This document shows, one piece after another, positions 48,720-61,274 of a DNA stretch of 64,000 bases. The position numbers were made by a program, and so were the translations under genes. Origin of the DNA: Puccinia triticina. Its lineage: Eukaryota. Location of the stretch: NCBI GenBank assembly GCA_026914245.1, contig CP110439.1, positions 1,922,001-1,986,000 of the forward strand, in the 5' to 3' direction. The notes below the pieces were generated by a model, which worked only from the letters and a program-made list of their open reading frames with translations, did not search any database and was not told where the DNA came from. The first letter of the stretch is position 1. Each line of letters starts with the position of its first letter.

Positions 48720-49733
48720 TTACAATCTACGTAACGGCTGGGTTGAATGAGATGGCATGGGTTTAGGGATTTTAAATGGTACGGCTTGAAGCCTTCGAGA
48801 AGCTTGGTTATAGCTGGACGAGGAAGGGGAGGATTTGACTCTTATATCGTCGCCTTCAGTCGGTGTAGTCGGATATGCATCCTGTACGTTCTGAATCCTG
48901 GGGACTTGAGCAGGGGAAGGTCTGAAGACTGGGTACTCAAAATCAACTTCAGCGGCGTAAGTACTCGGATAGCTTGTTTCAGAGCCATATGAATCCAATA
49001 TGTCGGTGGTCTCATACGTATAGAAATCACGCGTCTTTCGAGCGTCACCTTTCTGATCCCGAGTTCTCGTGGCTCGATGTCCTTTCTCCTGCAGGGGGGA
49101 GAGTGGGGGCGGAGGACCCTTGGACCGATTGCCAAAGCTTTCTCTTGAGCGCCGGAAGCTTGAGTGACTAGTCGGTAGAAGAGGTCTTTCGGGAGTAGCC
49201 AAGATGGGTCGAGATATAGACTGGGCAGTAACCAGCGGACGTAGCTTGACTGACTCGCCCTTTGTCCTTAGCTTTTTTCGCAGGTGAAATCGATAGACTG
49301 CGTACCCAATCAGCCCAATGACGATCGCGACGATTATGGAGACAACGACGGCCACCGTTGTAGTTGAGCTACTGTGAGGCTGGGATGAGTCAGGCGTCTG
49401 GGAGGGAGAAGGAGAAGGGAGGGCGCTTCCTGAAGCGGTCGGCTGAGGGATGTGAGCGGTGCCGACGCTAGCGAATGTTGTCGGTACGGCACTTGGGGGA
49501 GCAACTTGACTGGGAGGACGTGGTGAGGGAAGCGGGGTGCCGACGGCCGAAGGCGGAAGTGTAGTAAAGGGAGCACCTTTCAAGTCGGCCGGATTTTCTC
49601 CAGGATAAAGCACAAAGGGAGCTGGGTCGTTGGGAGGTGCCGGTGCAGCAGCGCCAGCTGGACGAGCGGTAACCGGGGTGGGGGAGGCGACGGCCCTTCT
49701 TGCCAGGGCACGGGTTGAAGCGCAATACGGCAT
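48720..49733 (-). CDS. Single-pass membrane protein with Pro/Ser/Thr-rich N-terminal region
   Basis: 337-aa ORF with hydrophobic segment VAVVVSIIVAIVIGLIGYAVY followed by basic RFHLRKKLR. An upstream signal-peptide exon (MSPTFLLLSLGLLF at ~50048) is possible but the splice phase was not resolved. Confidence 0.7.
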   Translation of the reverse strand: MPYCASTRALARRAVASPTPVTARPAGAAAPAPPNDPAPFVLYPGENPADLKGAPFTTLPPSAVGTPLPSPRPPSQVAPPSAVPTTFASVGTAHIPQPTASGSALPSPSPSQTPDSSQPHSSSTTTVAVVVSIIVAIVIGLIGYAVYRFHLRKKLRTKGESVKLRPLVTAQSISRPILATPERPLLPTSHSSFRRSRESFGNRSKGPPPPLSPLQEKGHRATRTRDQKGDARKTRDFYTYETTDILDSYGSETSYPSTYAAEVDFEYPVFRPSPAQVPRIQNVQDAYPTTPTEGDDIRVKSSPSSSSYNQASRRLQAVPFKIPKPMPSHSTQPLRRL

Positions 49734-50323
49734 CTCGATTGGTAGACGAACGGCAGGGGGGAGGGTAGTAAGTTGACACGAAGACTGGGTGGATGCAGAT
49801 TTTATTTTGTTTAGGGGTTAGTGGGTATAGCTTGACGGAGTCAGCCTGCGATACAGGCGCAAGGCCGGGGAGAAAGGGTGTGAGGGCTTTATAATGTGCA
49901 ACAAATGAGCGGAAAGCTCAGTTTCCATAAGCTTAGATCGCGGTGCATACTCAGTAGAAATATGTGCTCGAGTTGGATTCAGATGACAATGGGAGATGTC
50001 CAACATGAAAAGTAACCCTAAGGAAAGTAGCAGAAAAGTAGGGGACATAGATTTCGCGTACTTGGTGGATGGAGAAGCAACAGTGGAAATGGATTGGCAA
50101 ATGTTTTTTAAAAAGCTGCCGAAGCTATTGAGGCTATGTATCATGTATGCATAAGTACCCGTAGACTTGGACCAAACAAGAAGAAACGCACACACACAAG
50201 GACTTTGGGGCAGAGGAGAGGACCGCGACTTGAAATGTACGCGACATTACATTGGTGTGTAGGTTTTGACAAAGGAAAAAGAATTTCGATGCATTTCATC
50301 GAAAAGCAAAAGCATCACATCCT

Positions 50324-51040
50324 CTATTGGCTGGTAGCATGATCGTGGTCAAGAGCCCGCTGGTGTGTGTCCACTTTTTCATCGTCATTCGGTAGTCGCA
50401 GTGAAGGTCGAAGAGTGGTGTTCCACTGAGGTGCTACAACCTCTCTCAACTTACTGCCGACCAACAAAGTAGTGTGCCTGAACAAGAAGGGGTTGGGCGA
50501 CAGGTTAGCCTTCTCTTTGTTTGTGACTCGGAGCGCACCCCGGATTGGGGGATTTTTTTTCTCCCGAGCCACTCGGGAACAAGAGAGAAATACTGACCTG
50601 AGGACTCGCGGATCAACTCTCAACCGGTTTGTTAGTTCTCTGACGGTGGGTGGGTTGGCATCAAATTGCATCGTCCAGTAACTGTTTGAGGGTAGAGAGG
50701 GAGCAATGGGATTTAGGAAACCACCATGATCCATGAACGATGAATCGTTAATTATCAAATCTTCAAACTCGCTGACAAGCAAGTAACATTGATCGAGGCC
50801 GAATTCAAGAAAGACAGTTCCGAGAGTTCCGAGAAATGCTCACTCGGCTTCTCCAACACCTCCTGGTACGAGACCGGGTGCTCGGATACGTTGAGGGGTG
50901 TTTCTTCGACCCAAGTAATCAATCTGGCGAACGAGGCCGCCATTTGATTCAACCAAGGTAACTGCAGTGTGAACCAGAGACCTGAGGGGAGTGTACGTAG
51001 AATAATGAAGGGCAAGACAACTGAGCGAATAGAGTGGCAT
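50324..51040 (-). CDS. MRP17: Mitochondrial ribosomal protein S6 (bS6m)
   Basis: Exons 51040-50844, 50681-50598, 50477-50324 give MPLYSLSCLA...NGGLVRQIDYLG...PQRIR...|YWTMQFDANP.TVREL...LRVDPRVL|RHT. Confidence 0.88.
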
Positions 51041-51775
51041 CGTGGACACAGGTGGGCGGCTGAACGATGCCTGGGCTCCCTGTCTCGATGGCTGGAGGCC
51101 GCTGAGTCCAAGGGTGTTCCCCGGGGTACGGAACGGGGCAGGAGAGGTAAGGCTGGCACCCGGGTGTTCGGGGGGGGGGGGGGTCAGCCTTGTCCCAAAC
51201 CACCCAGGTGGTCACAATTATTGAAATCTTCAATTTATTGGTCCTTGACACCATCCAAATGACCCATAGTGGGGATGTGCTTGTCCCATCAGAGAAATGG
51301 GGTCAAAAAAACCCTAATTAACCTCCCAAGCCCATCAAGCAGCCTCCCAAGCCCGTCCAATTGGCCTCCCGGGCCCAATCATTGGACCTTCCCAAGTGAA
51401 AGCCCGCCCATCATGTACTGCCAAACCACCCCGGTGTTTGGGCGGGGTGTTGGCCTCATTGCGACCACCTGCACCCAGGTGGTACTTTTTGGGTGCCAGC
51501 CTTACATGAGGGTCTTCCCAAACCCCAGACCACAACTGTACCTGGGGGCACCCTGAAGCCCTGGGTCATGGCCATTTTTTCTTGCCTCTGAAATATACAT
51601 TGTATTGGGCTGTGTTGGAATGAATGGCAAAAAACTCTACTATGTATTCTATTTGCAAGAAAGCTTGGACTGGCTCCTTGTTGAAAAACCAGCATCCCAT
51701 AAGCTTTCCAAGCTGGGTTTGTGTTATGAGCCGTAGCGCGGGCTCCACAGTGCAGACTCACATGTACATAGACTA

Positions 51776-52892
51776 CACCACGGCTGCAACCAAACGTTTC
51801 AAAGCGGTTGCAAAGTGGTATTTGAAACGTTCACAATACAATTGGAAGGATACGTTGGGGCGAAGCCCCCACGGAAACCAGTTTGAGAAGTTCAGCCGAA
51901 CGTTCAAAATAATGTTGGCATTCCCCTGTGGGAACGGAATGAAAACTAAATAGGTTGTGAGGTGGTTCTAAAAACTTATTCCGTTAACAGAAATGTTTTT
52001 GAGAACCACCAAAACGTTTGCAAAAACCGCCATACGTTATGGAAAACGTTTGCAAATACCACTGAGGAGCAGTGCCAACCGACTCTCCAGTGGCTGTCGG
52101 AGCAGCAAAAGATGTACTCAGGCACGGATCAAACTGACGATCAACTCAATCCCACTGCCCTCCGGTGGCTGCTTACAGCACAAGCCACCAGCCAATATCT
52201 GAGGAGAGCTGTTGATGCTATATATGCTCTGTACCATTGGATTTTGGAGCTTTTTTTTCCCAAAGTCAATTTTGACTTTTTTTTTTTTTTTTTTTTTGGA
52301 GGATTGGGTTTTCTCAACCTTTCAGGTGGAAAAACAACCCTCCAGATTGGTTTTGCAAACTGACTCTGGCTTGCAAAAAGTTATGATAAACGTTTTGAAA
52401 AACGTTATCAGGATGTGAAAACGTTCACGGTTGTTGATTTCTTCCTTGAAACCTTCTTGGTTGTTGATTTCTTCCTTGAAACCTTCTTGGTTGTCATTTT
52501 TGTTTTTCAAACCGCTTGAAGTGGTAATTCAAACTATCTTGGTTGCACATAACGTTTGCCTGAACTAATTTGATTAAAAAAACCACATCTTAACTTTCAC
52601 CCCAAGATAACGTTGGAAAAAACAAAAAGTAACTCATAACGTTTGCAAAAACCATCCTCAAACCTTGAACGTTTGCGCGAACCAATTCAAAACCACAAAC
52701 GTTATTGGGAACTGAATCTAAACCTGAAACGTTTCTGGGAACCAGTTGCCAACCGGAAACGTTTCACAAGACCGTACTCTAACCTGAAACGTTTATGGAA
52801 GCCATATCTTAACCGGAAACGTTCCCAGGAACCGTTTTCAAACCTGAAACGTTTGGGAACGGTAGCAAGAAACTTTTCTTGCAGCCGTGGTG
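51776..52892. mobile_element. Non-autonomous TIR element, CAC...GTG ends flanked by TA
   Basis: TIR caccacggctgcaa / ttgcagccgtggtg. TA at 51774-51775 and 52893-52894. Numerous AACGTT motifs and a 30-bp periodic array inside. Confidence 0.85.
52661..52870 (+). repeat. Seven 30-bp periodic units with conserved core AACC(T/G)GAAACGTT
   Basis: Units start at 52661, 52691, 52721, 52751, 52781, 52811 and 52841. The core is conserved and the remainder variable. Confidence 0.85.
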
Positions 52893-52902
52893 TACATGTA
52901 CA

Positions 52903-53203
52903 TGTCACAGACCATACTCAAAGTTCAAGATGCTGGAGATCCAAGCCTCTTCCTCATCCTGCAATCTACCATCTTGGATCCAGAACCTAGACTCCATCTT
53001 CCTCTCCCCAGAACAGACCATAACATATTGCAGGATCTACTTCACAGAGACAAAGATTAAGAACCCAACAGACCAACAGAAACCAGATTGCTCTGCCTCC
53101 GACACCTTGAAAACCCCGATTCCAAAACCTTGAATATCCTGACTCCGCTCTTACAGAAACCAGATCGCTCCACCTCCAAAACCTTGAATATCCCGCTCTG
53201 ACA
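52903..53203 (+). mobile_element. Probable 5' LTR of the adjacent Gypsy remnant
   Basis: TGTCA...TGACA ends, 301 bp. A related fragment lies at ~36.2 kb. Directly upstream of the gag-like sequence. Confidence 0.6.
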
Positions 53204-53389
53204 TCACACCCAACTGTGGTCCCATACAATGGATGCCTCCAAAGCCACCAAACTCCAACAACAACTGCCAAAATTACTAAGAAGGCCAAAAAAGAGGAGA
53301 AAAAACGCTGCCAGGCCAAGGCCGACTTAGCAGACACACTCCAAACTCAGAACCCACCCCCCAAACGCAAGTACCGACCGCCGGAGCAG

Positions 53390-55710
53390 GGGTAACCACG
53401 ACCAAGGCCCCCAAAGTCGCCCAGCCGGACAAGTTTAATGGTGAACGTGGAGCGGTGGTGGAGATGTTTGCCCGCCAGGTTGGTATCACACCCACTCCTT
53501 TGTCCAGCACGCTTCCCCAGCGGGATGGGAAATCCCCACCCTGATCAGCCAGTACCGCCAGGGTAGAGATGGCGTTTGGGGACCCGGTACGGCCTGGTGG
53601 GTGCCTGTGGGGTACCTGCCAAGTGGTGCCGGGTGTGGTACCAGGTATGTGGTTCTGGCTGGAGAAGCGGTGCGGTACCCGGGTACTGCCTGCCCGCACC
53701 CGCCCTAAGCCACCTATTACCAGATTGCCACACTGCATCAACTATCCGCGCGGACAAAGTTGTCTGACAAGTAGTTGGACAAACTTTGTTCAACAAGCCC
53801 GGCGGCCCAGGCTCAAACATTGTGCAACTCATCGGACAAAGTCTGTCCAAAAACTGCTTGGACATTCTCGTCCAAGCGGTCAATTGCTGCAGTGCCGAGA
53901 CGCGCTGGGCTTGTACCAGCTCTCCAAGAGGAATACATCCCTTGGTGAGCTGGGCCATGACCAGCTCCCTGGGAAGCTTACCCTTGGCGAGCTGGTGTAA
54001 AAATTCAGCTCACCAAGAGGCAAGTATTCCTTTTGGTGAACTGGTCAAAATTCAGCTTGCCGCAAGGAATACTTACCTCTTTATTGAGGCTCAGGTCAGC
54101 AGGACATCCTCTCATTGCACGCGCTGCGGACGCGGGATGATCTAGGTTTGAATAACAAGGACAAGACTCACCAAACATAACATAGATATTATATTCCAAC
54201 TTTCATTCACTCAGTTGTCTTCATTCATCTTTGTTATCATTTCCATCTCATCATTTGTTCAATTCAAACTCATCCATACCCTCGATCCGCTTGACCTCAG
54301 GTATGCCGTATATTCCCCATTCCCTTTGATCACTCATCACTCACCAGTTGTTCTCTCAATCTCCTTTACATTCGTTCTTGTCCGAGGTGTGCTTCATCTC
54401 TCTCAAAGTCTCGTAGACTGCTCGTGTCACTCACAGCTCCGCGCTGCTCCAAGGTTTGTTCATGTTTTCATTCATCTTTGTCATCATTTTCCATCTCATC
54501 ATTTGTTCAATTCAAACTCATCCACACCCTCGATCCGCTTGACCTCAGGTGTGCTTCATCTCTCTCACAGTCTCGTAGACTGCTCGTGTCACTCACAGCT
54601 CCGCGCTGCTCCAAGGTGTGCTTCATCTCTCTCACAGTCTCGTAGACTGCTCGTGTCACTCACAGCTCCGCGCTGCTCCAAGTTGCACTCCCCTTTGTCG
54701 CGCATTACTCTTGGCGAGCTGGTCAAAGTCCAGCTTGCCGAGAGGTATGTATTCCTCTTGGCGAGCTTTTCAAAGTCCAGCTTGCCAAAAGAAATACTTA
54801 CCTCTCGGCGAGCTGGTCAAAGTCCAGCTTGCCAAAAGGAATACTTACCTCTCGGCGAGCTGGTCAAAGTCCAGCTTGCCAAGAGGTATGTATTCCTCTC
54901 GGCACACTGGGCTTGAGGATGTTTTGGAGAGCAAGTATCACGGGTATACCGCCTCTGGTACCGCGGGTACCCGCCCAGGCGGTGCCAGGTGCCATCTTTT
55001 GGTCAAAAATTCACCCGGTACCCGGACCCGCAACGGGTACCTGGGTCCCAAACGCCATCCTTACGCCAGGGCCTGAAGCAGGACATCCAGATGAGGCTCA
55101 TTGTTTCCTGCACCGCATTTGCAACTATTAACAAGGTTGCTAGCTTAGCACTAGAGCTTGACACGGCAATGAGCGGAGCGGAAACCGGAAAAGCACCAAC
55201 CAAACAGAAGATCAACCCCAACACCATGGACCTATTGGTGTTAAACGGACGACTCTCCGACTCCGAGAAGGCCTATTTTTCCAATGCGGAGTACAGGGCC
55301 ACATATCCTGCGACTGTCCGACCAAGAAGGGAAAAGGCTGCGGGAATGCCAGGATTGCGGCAATGGAGGATCAGATCTGCCAACTAGTGGAAGGGATGGC
55401 GGTGATGGGCGGAGGCGGACCAGCGGATAAAGGCGGAAAAGTCCGGGCCAAATCGTCAAAAATGAATCCTACGCCGCCACGGCGGGATTACTCCACAACA
55501 CCACCACCTCAAAGCGGACCGTCTTGGGCTTTGATGGATCCACATCCCAAGCGGCGTATGAGATTGACCTGACCCTGAATGAAGAACCCCGCCCATCAAA
55601 ATTCATCATCACCCAACTGAAAGACACATACAAAGGCATCCTTGGGATGCCATGGATCCACAAAAACGGAAACTGAATTGACTGGACCACCCGCACCTTC
55701 CACTCCAACC
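53390..55710 (+). pseudogene. Gypsy gag-protease remnant, interrupted by a hAT derivative
   Basis: KVAQPDKFNGERG. TLISQYRQGLKQDI is restored after removing the insert. NPNTMDL..LNGRLSDSEK, degenerate CCHC (FQCGVQGHISCDC), ILGMPWI...IDW. Confidence 0.8.
53564..55063. mobile_element. Non-autonomous hAT element, canonical 8-bp TSD
   Basis: Ends tagagatggcgtttggg / cccaaacgccatcctta. cgccaggg at 53556-53563 and 55064-55071. ggtacc-rich subtermini. Internal ~46-bp and ~67-bp tandem repeats. Confidence 0.92.
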
Positions 55711-56273
55711 ACTCCAACATTGAATATGTTGTTTGGTTGTGTGGGCAGCTTGGTTGGGATGCCAGTAGCATGGATTGGGTGGTTGCGTTGGGTCGGCGAA
55801 CCCTTGTAGAATAGCTTACAGGCAGCCGCCTGTGAGTCCGCTGGCTGGGAGGGCCCAAGGTAGGACTCCTGTGTCTCACCTGGGATGTTGTGGTGATTTA
55901 TATAGGCATGCGTGGTAGAATGTCCACTCGGGGATAGCGCGGGAGGCGCAGGCAGAGTGCATTCTGGTGACATAAGCACTGAGGATGATGTCAGAAAAGC
56001 ACGGTAAGAAAGCTTGCGGAAAGTTGCGTGCGGATGGAATGCACAGATTGCGGATTGGGAATTCAGACCGGAGCAGAAAGACAGGGATGGACTGCAGTGG
56101 ACTACACATGTGGACTGGTAGCAGTGGCGCGTCAGCTGAAGCGGGTTCCACCAGCGGGTGGAACCGGGGCAGAGGTGGAGGCGGTGGTGAGAGACTGACT
56201 GGCGGGGGCTAGACAGAGGAGGGTGGGAGGGCAAGCGTTGGAGAGGAGTGGAGTCTGGGACAACAACGTGCGG

Positions 56274-57089
56274 TGTGGTGATTTATATAGGTGAGCATGG
56301 TAGAATGTCCACTTGGGGATAGCGCGGGCGGGAATGCACAGAGCGGCGCAGGCAGAGTGCTTTCCGGTGACATAGGCACTGAGGCTGATATCAGAAAAGC
56401 ACGCTAGAAAAGCTTACAGAAAGTCACGTGCAGACCAGAATGCACGGATTGTGGATTGGAGCAGAAAAGACAGGGCTGGACTGTGGCGGACTACACACGT
56501 GGACTGGTAGCAGCGGCGCGTCAGCGGGTGAGCCATGACAGCCAAGGTGGAGGCGGTGGCAAGAGACCGACTGGCGGGGGCTAGACAGAGGACGGTGGGA
56601 GGTCAAGCGTTGGAGATGAGCGGAGTCTGGGAGAGTGGCGTGCGGAAGAGCAGGTGGAGCTGGAGGACTAGTGCGGGAAAGTGTCAGATGTGCAGGATTG
56701 GGTGGGAACGGAGATGTGCGTGGAGGGAAGGACGGGAAAAGGGCTCATGGATCTCTCTTCTCTTTTCTTTATCCTATTATCCTATCATCTTACGGACTAC
56801 ACATTATTGTACTTACAACTTACGGATGTACCAGAGTATTAGGAGATATATTCATGAACTTATCTTTACTTTCAGAAGTTACTTGCAGATTCTGTGCTTA
56901 CGGAGTGCGGAGCTTTATTCACTTGCGGATTATTACACTATAGATCAGGCTCAGAGAGGAGCGCTGAAGGCTAGCGGATAGTAGCAGTGCGGAGCCGAGT
57001 CACCAACAATCACACAGCCTGGACACTAATATTCTTGAAGAAGGCGGTTAGCGGACATTTCCACCAACTTACCAGCTCTGATTCTCACA
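56274..57089. mobile_element. Solo LTR (family B) inserted into an older copy of the same family
   Basis: TGTGGTGATTTATATAGG...ATTCTCACA. Flanks gcgg / acgg. Confidence 0.8.
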
Positions 57090-57269
57090 ACGGAAAGTGG
57101 GCGGAGCTGAAGGACTAGTGCGGGAAAGTGTCCGATCTGCGGGATCAGGTGGGAACGGTGACGTGCGTGGAGGGAAGGACGGGGGAAGGCTCACGGTTTC
57201 TCTTTTTTTTCCCTTATCCTATTATCCTATCATCTTACGGATTACTCATTATTGTACTTACACTTACGG

Positions 57270-59251
57270 TGTAAGGCTCAGAAGTGGTTGTAAAACCCTT
57301 TTGCTGAATGGAGAAGGGGATGATGGAGGTGCAAACTCTGCCCTTCTATACTTTCAGATAACAAGACCCACCAAGCTAAGCTTGGCAAGTTTTAATCAAG
57401 TGATAGGTCTGGTCTAGTTCCAGATGAAGTTGTTCAATGACAGGTATGTGAGAGTTGAGAGAGTTCATGATGATGGAAAGGGTGAAAGTTGACTTGATGT
57501 TTCCGGTGGGGGTTGAACGCAGGTCCTTGAGAGGGTGATATAAGAAGCTGAGAAGAGTGTCTGGACCAAGAAGGGTATATGTCTCAGTCGGGAGTTGAAC
57601 CAGGAACCGGGTAACTCGTGACAGGTGCGTGATATGCAACCAGGAGATATGAGAGTATGAGAATATGAGAGTGAGCTCAGTGGTTATTGCAGATAAGAGG
57701 GATGATATGGTATGTTATAAAAGTGTAAGGGTGATGATAAAGGCTGATGGGTGATATCTGTATAACTGGTGGGTACTGAACTGAGGGAAAAACAACTGGG
57801 GGGAGAGAGCTCCTTATATAGACAAATGTGAGGTATTTTAGCTACAAGGGGGACCCTGGATGAGGGATTTTAGCTGGTGGGCTGGGTACAAGTGGTGTCA
57901 GAAGATACTAAATACAGGCAAACAGTGGGGTGAAAAATGAAAGATGATGTCATACTAATGCAAGGAGTGCATAAACAAAGCGGGGAAATGTCAAATACAG
58001 GGGTGCATGAGTGGTGTCAGACTAATGCAAGGAGTGCAGAAATGGGGTCAGAAGACTGCATGCAGCTGCAAGGGGTGCATAAATGAGGCGGGGACATGTC
58101 AAATACAGAGGAAATGGGGTTGGTCCCCTGCATATGCAGTGGATTTAAGAGGGATAGAAAAGAGTATGCTTTGGGCTGTTGCTGAGTATGTGTATACCTG
58201 GGAAAGGTGACTTGAGGGGTGTGACAGGTTGATGACTGGGGCTGGCCGTGTCTGTCAGCCACTGAGACAATTGTCCATGTGCCTACAATGATAATTACAT
58301 CACATGTAACCCAATGGCTAAAGGCTACCTTAAGGTTGATCTTGATCTTGTGTAAGATCCTGTGTTCAACCCCTCCTGTTGTCTTATAATATTACTTTTG
58401 TTGCAATCATCACTTTATATGTACTAAACTGTATGATTTCACACTTATTATGTATTTACCTTGATTGAGAATAATAATGTACTAATGGAGTATATCTCTC
58501 TATGGATTTACCATACATAGAGATATTACATAATTATTCATGTAATTCCTCCTCTGAATTCTGTGGACCTCTTCCCCCTCCTTGGAGTTAAGGATCCCTC
58601 TGGGGCCTTGACTCGAAGGAGGATCAGGTCCCTGTAATATAAAAGGGGGGGATCTTTCCTCTGGAGAGACCTTTCCCCCCAGATTATTACCATACAAACC
58701 CGTGCACCTTACTAGAATTATAGTGAGTGGGGTTTTCCAATAGTCTACTAACCTTTTCCTTTACAGCTTCAATCTCTCTTTGTGTATCTCCTCCTAGGTA
58801 CAGGTGTTTGTTATCACACCTGTAACCTAGAAGATAAGTGGTTTATCCCTTATAAGCAACGGCGCTTGGCTGAGTTTTTGCCGCGTCCCCTTACTCACAT
58901 AAGGGTGCTAGTCCCTCCGCCTTCCGGCGTTGAGTTGGACTTTTTTCCACTGGCCATCAGGCTATAGTGTGACCCTTAAGACCTCTGGCCGCTATTTAGC
59001 CGCTACAGATAGTCGAAAACCCTATCAGCCCCGTGTCACACAAGAGACCGGCGCTGACAGTGTCCATGAGGGTCCAAGAGGGTGTAACTTCCAATCCAGC
59101 GGGGTTCCAGTGACGCTTCCAGTGGTGACTAGGGGTAAATTTGGCCGTAGAATCCATTTCTGAAGTCCATTTGGTGGTATCTTGAGGCCTAGGGTGAGTA
59201 AATATATGTATGAGAAAAAACTTTTGATTTTTCACTTTTCCGTCTACCACA
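57270..59251 (-). mobile_element. Solo LTR (family A), inverted, nested in family B LTR
   Basis: Both ends are reverse complements of the 15918-16915 LTR ends. The host sequence acttacgg|a.gtac resumes after it. Confidence 0.82.
58253..59059 (+). mobile_element. Solo LTR (family C), 5-bp TSD GTGTC, nested in family A LTR
   Basis: TGTCAGC...GCTGACA. gtgtc at 58248-58252 and 59060-59064. TATA-like taatataaaag at ~58635. Confidence 0.88.
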
Positions 59252-59945
59252 AGGACGTACTAGAGTATCAGGAGAGATATACGTGACCTTATCTTTACTT
59301 ACGGATTCTGTGCTTGCGGAGCGTGGAGCTTTAGTCACTTGCAGATTATTACACTATAGATCAGGCTCAGAGAGGAGCGCTGAAGACTAGCGGATAGTAG
59401 TACTGCGGAGCCAAGTCACCAATAATCACACAGCCCAGACATATATATTCTTGACAAGGGCGGTTAGCGGAAATTTTGACCAACATACCAGCCTTTATTC
59501 TCACAACGTTTGTGAACGGCAGCGGCTCCAAGGTGCCGCGGGTGAGCGTAAAACGGGTGGTTGCAAGAGTTTTGTTCTGCATGGTCTGATTTCATGTGAG
59601 AATGGTCAGCCAGAATCGGAACCATGCGGGGCGCAGTAGGGGAAACAACACACCAGATTCTCAAATGACGGGTGTACAAGGGCCAATATTTTGGTGGTGG
59701 AGTTGAGGGGCTTGTGCTGGTCTGGGACATGGGCCAGGAAAAGTACGGAGTGGGTAGGGTGGTCAGCTGAGGAAATGAGGGGGGGGGGGCAGGGGAAGGA
59801 ACTGCCTGCTTGCTGGCAGAAATGGCGCTCGGCGGGATAGTCTTGTGACGGTCTGGATGACAGGAGGTCAGTTGTGTGCTCCTGACCAAAAAACCGGATG
59901 GATTGGAGCTGCTCACCAATTGTGAAAAAAAAATGTGTTTGGCGG

Positions 59946-61274
59946 TGTGGTATGCTTTATGGTATCCCATATACCAAAATCAAAATTTTCTGCTTTTCTT
60001 TCTTATTTCTATTAGTTTTACTCTTAATCTGCCTTTTCCTCTTATCAATCACTTAATACTCCACAAGATTCAGTTTCTAGGGACAAATTCACCCCTAGTC
60101 TTGCCTTACAGAACACTCATAAGGGCACTCACCCAGAAGTTACATACTCTTACACACTCACAATACCCCTTACAACCTCAAACAGTTACACAATCCACAT
60201 TGACAACACTTATTTACACAAACAGTTACATAAATAGCTACATAAATATTTACACATAGCTGCATCATCACCTATATACATACAGTGTACACATGCATGC
60301 ACACATGCAGGTGCTAGCTGCATGCACTAGCTGCATGCACTAGTGGATTTTTGTTGCATAAAGACAGCAGGTGACCTGGTTACAGAATGACTACACTAAC
60401 ATCCTGTCCTGACCAATCACACCTCCTGATTCAGCCTGCATGTCATAACCCATAATCACCTGTACAGTCCTGACCAATCACATTCACCCATTCAACATAT
60501 GTACTAGCCAAAAACCCTCATGTACCTAGCTAAAATCTCTCATGTGGAGCTCCTCTGGAGCTAAAATCCCTCACTGTTGTCTATAAAAGGAGGCTCTCCT
60601 CCCCTGTTGTAACTCCCCCCCCCCCCCCCCCCCCCCCAGTAGACTACCTGCACTCAGTTTCCCCTATAACAAAGTACACAACTGCTCACTTCACAATATA
60701 TCAGTCACACTGCCAGCATATCTGACTGGGATGAAGACATCCCAGTTTAGCTGGGATGCACTCAACCAATGTAAAATGGGTTGATCTCATCCAATGAAAT
60801 ATGAACCCAAGGGGGGTACCTTGGATTTATATTTCATCAGTTGAGATCAACCAAGTTTAAATTGGTTGAGGTCATCCCAGTTTAACTGGGATAAAATCAA
60901 CCTAGCCAATTATGCTGGCAGTGTCACCCTATATTTTGGTTTTACACACATTACAAAACACTTACACATGAAATATCAACTCTACACAACACTTAAATTA
61001 CATAACACAAACCCCTGAGGGGTCCTATTTGACCAACTATCACCTGGTTGAAGTCCAGACTCCTCATTCATAACACATTTTAGCAACTTCATCACACCCA
61101 CTTTATAACAACAGTTATCTTTTGATAACACCCTCCTATCACTACATTAAACCTGCCAATCTGAGATTGATGGGCTTGTTTTAGTGTCTAGTGAACCAGG
61201 AAAGGCAGAGGTTTCCTCATACATCCCTTTCCACACTCAGCAAAAGGTTCTCAGGAACACTTTTGAGATTTACA
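59946..61274 (+). mobile_element. Solo LTR (family A-related), 4-bp TSD GCGG
   Basis: TGTGGTATGC...TTTTGAGATTTACA. gcgg at 59942-59945 and 61275-61278. Shares ctataaaaggag and 3'-end blocks with 15918-16915. Confidence 0.78.
60708..60923. mobile_element. CACTG-ended MITE, 3-bp TSD TCA (CACTA/CMC-like)
   Basis: TIR cactgccagcata / tatgctggcagtg. tca at 60705-60707 and 60924-60926. Internally palindromic (atcccagttt / aactgggat, gttgag / tcaacc). Confidence 0.88.

Larger units (their letters stand above)
55889..59505. mobile_element. Outer solo LTR (family B), split into 55889-56273, 57090-57269 and 59252-59505 by nested insertions
   Basis: Starts tgtggtgatttatatagg and ends attctcaca. The pieces align in order to the intact copy at 56274-57089. 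Flanks atgt / acgt. Confidence 0.8.

Noticed and set aside
51110..51555. Possible MITE upstream of MRP17 (agggtg...gtac / gtac...caccctg)
   Set aside because: The TIR match is short and imperfect and no TSD was found.
52661..52870. CRISPR-like repeat/spacer appearance
   Set aside because: The period is only 30 bp, the linkers are related to each other, no cas genes are present, the context is eukaryotic, and the array lies inside a TIR element.
54215..55131. Overlapping ORFs of 100-233 aa with repeated peptides
   Set aside because: They are translations of tandem repeats inside a non-autonomous hAT element.
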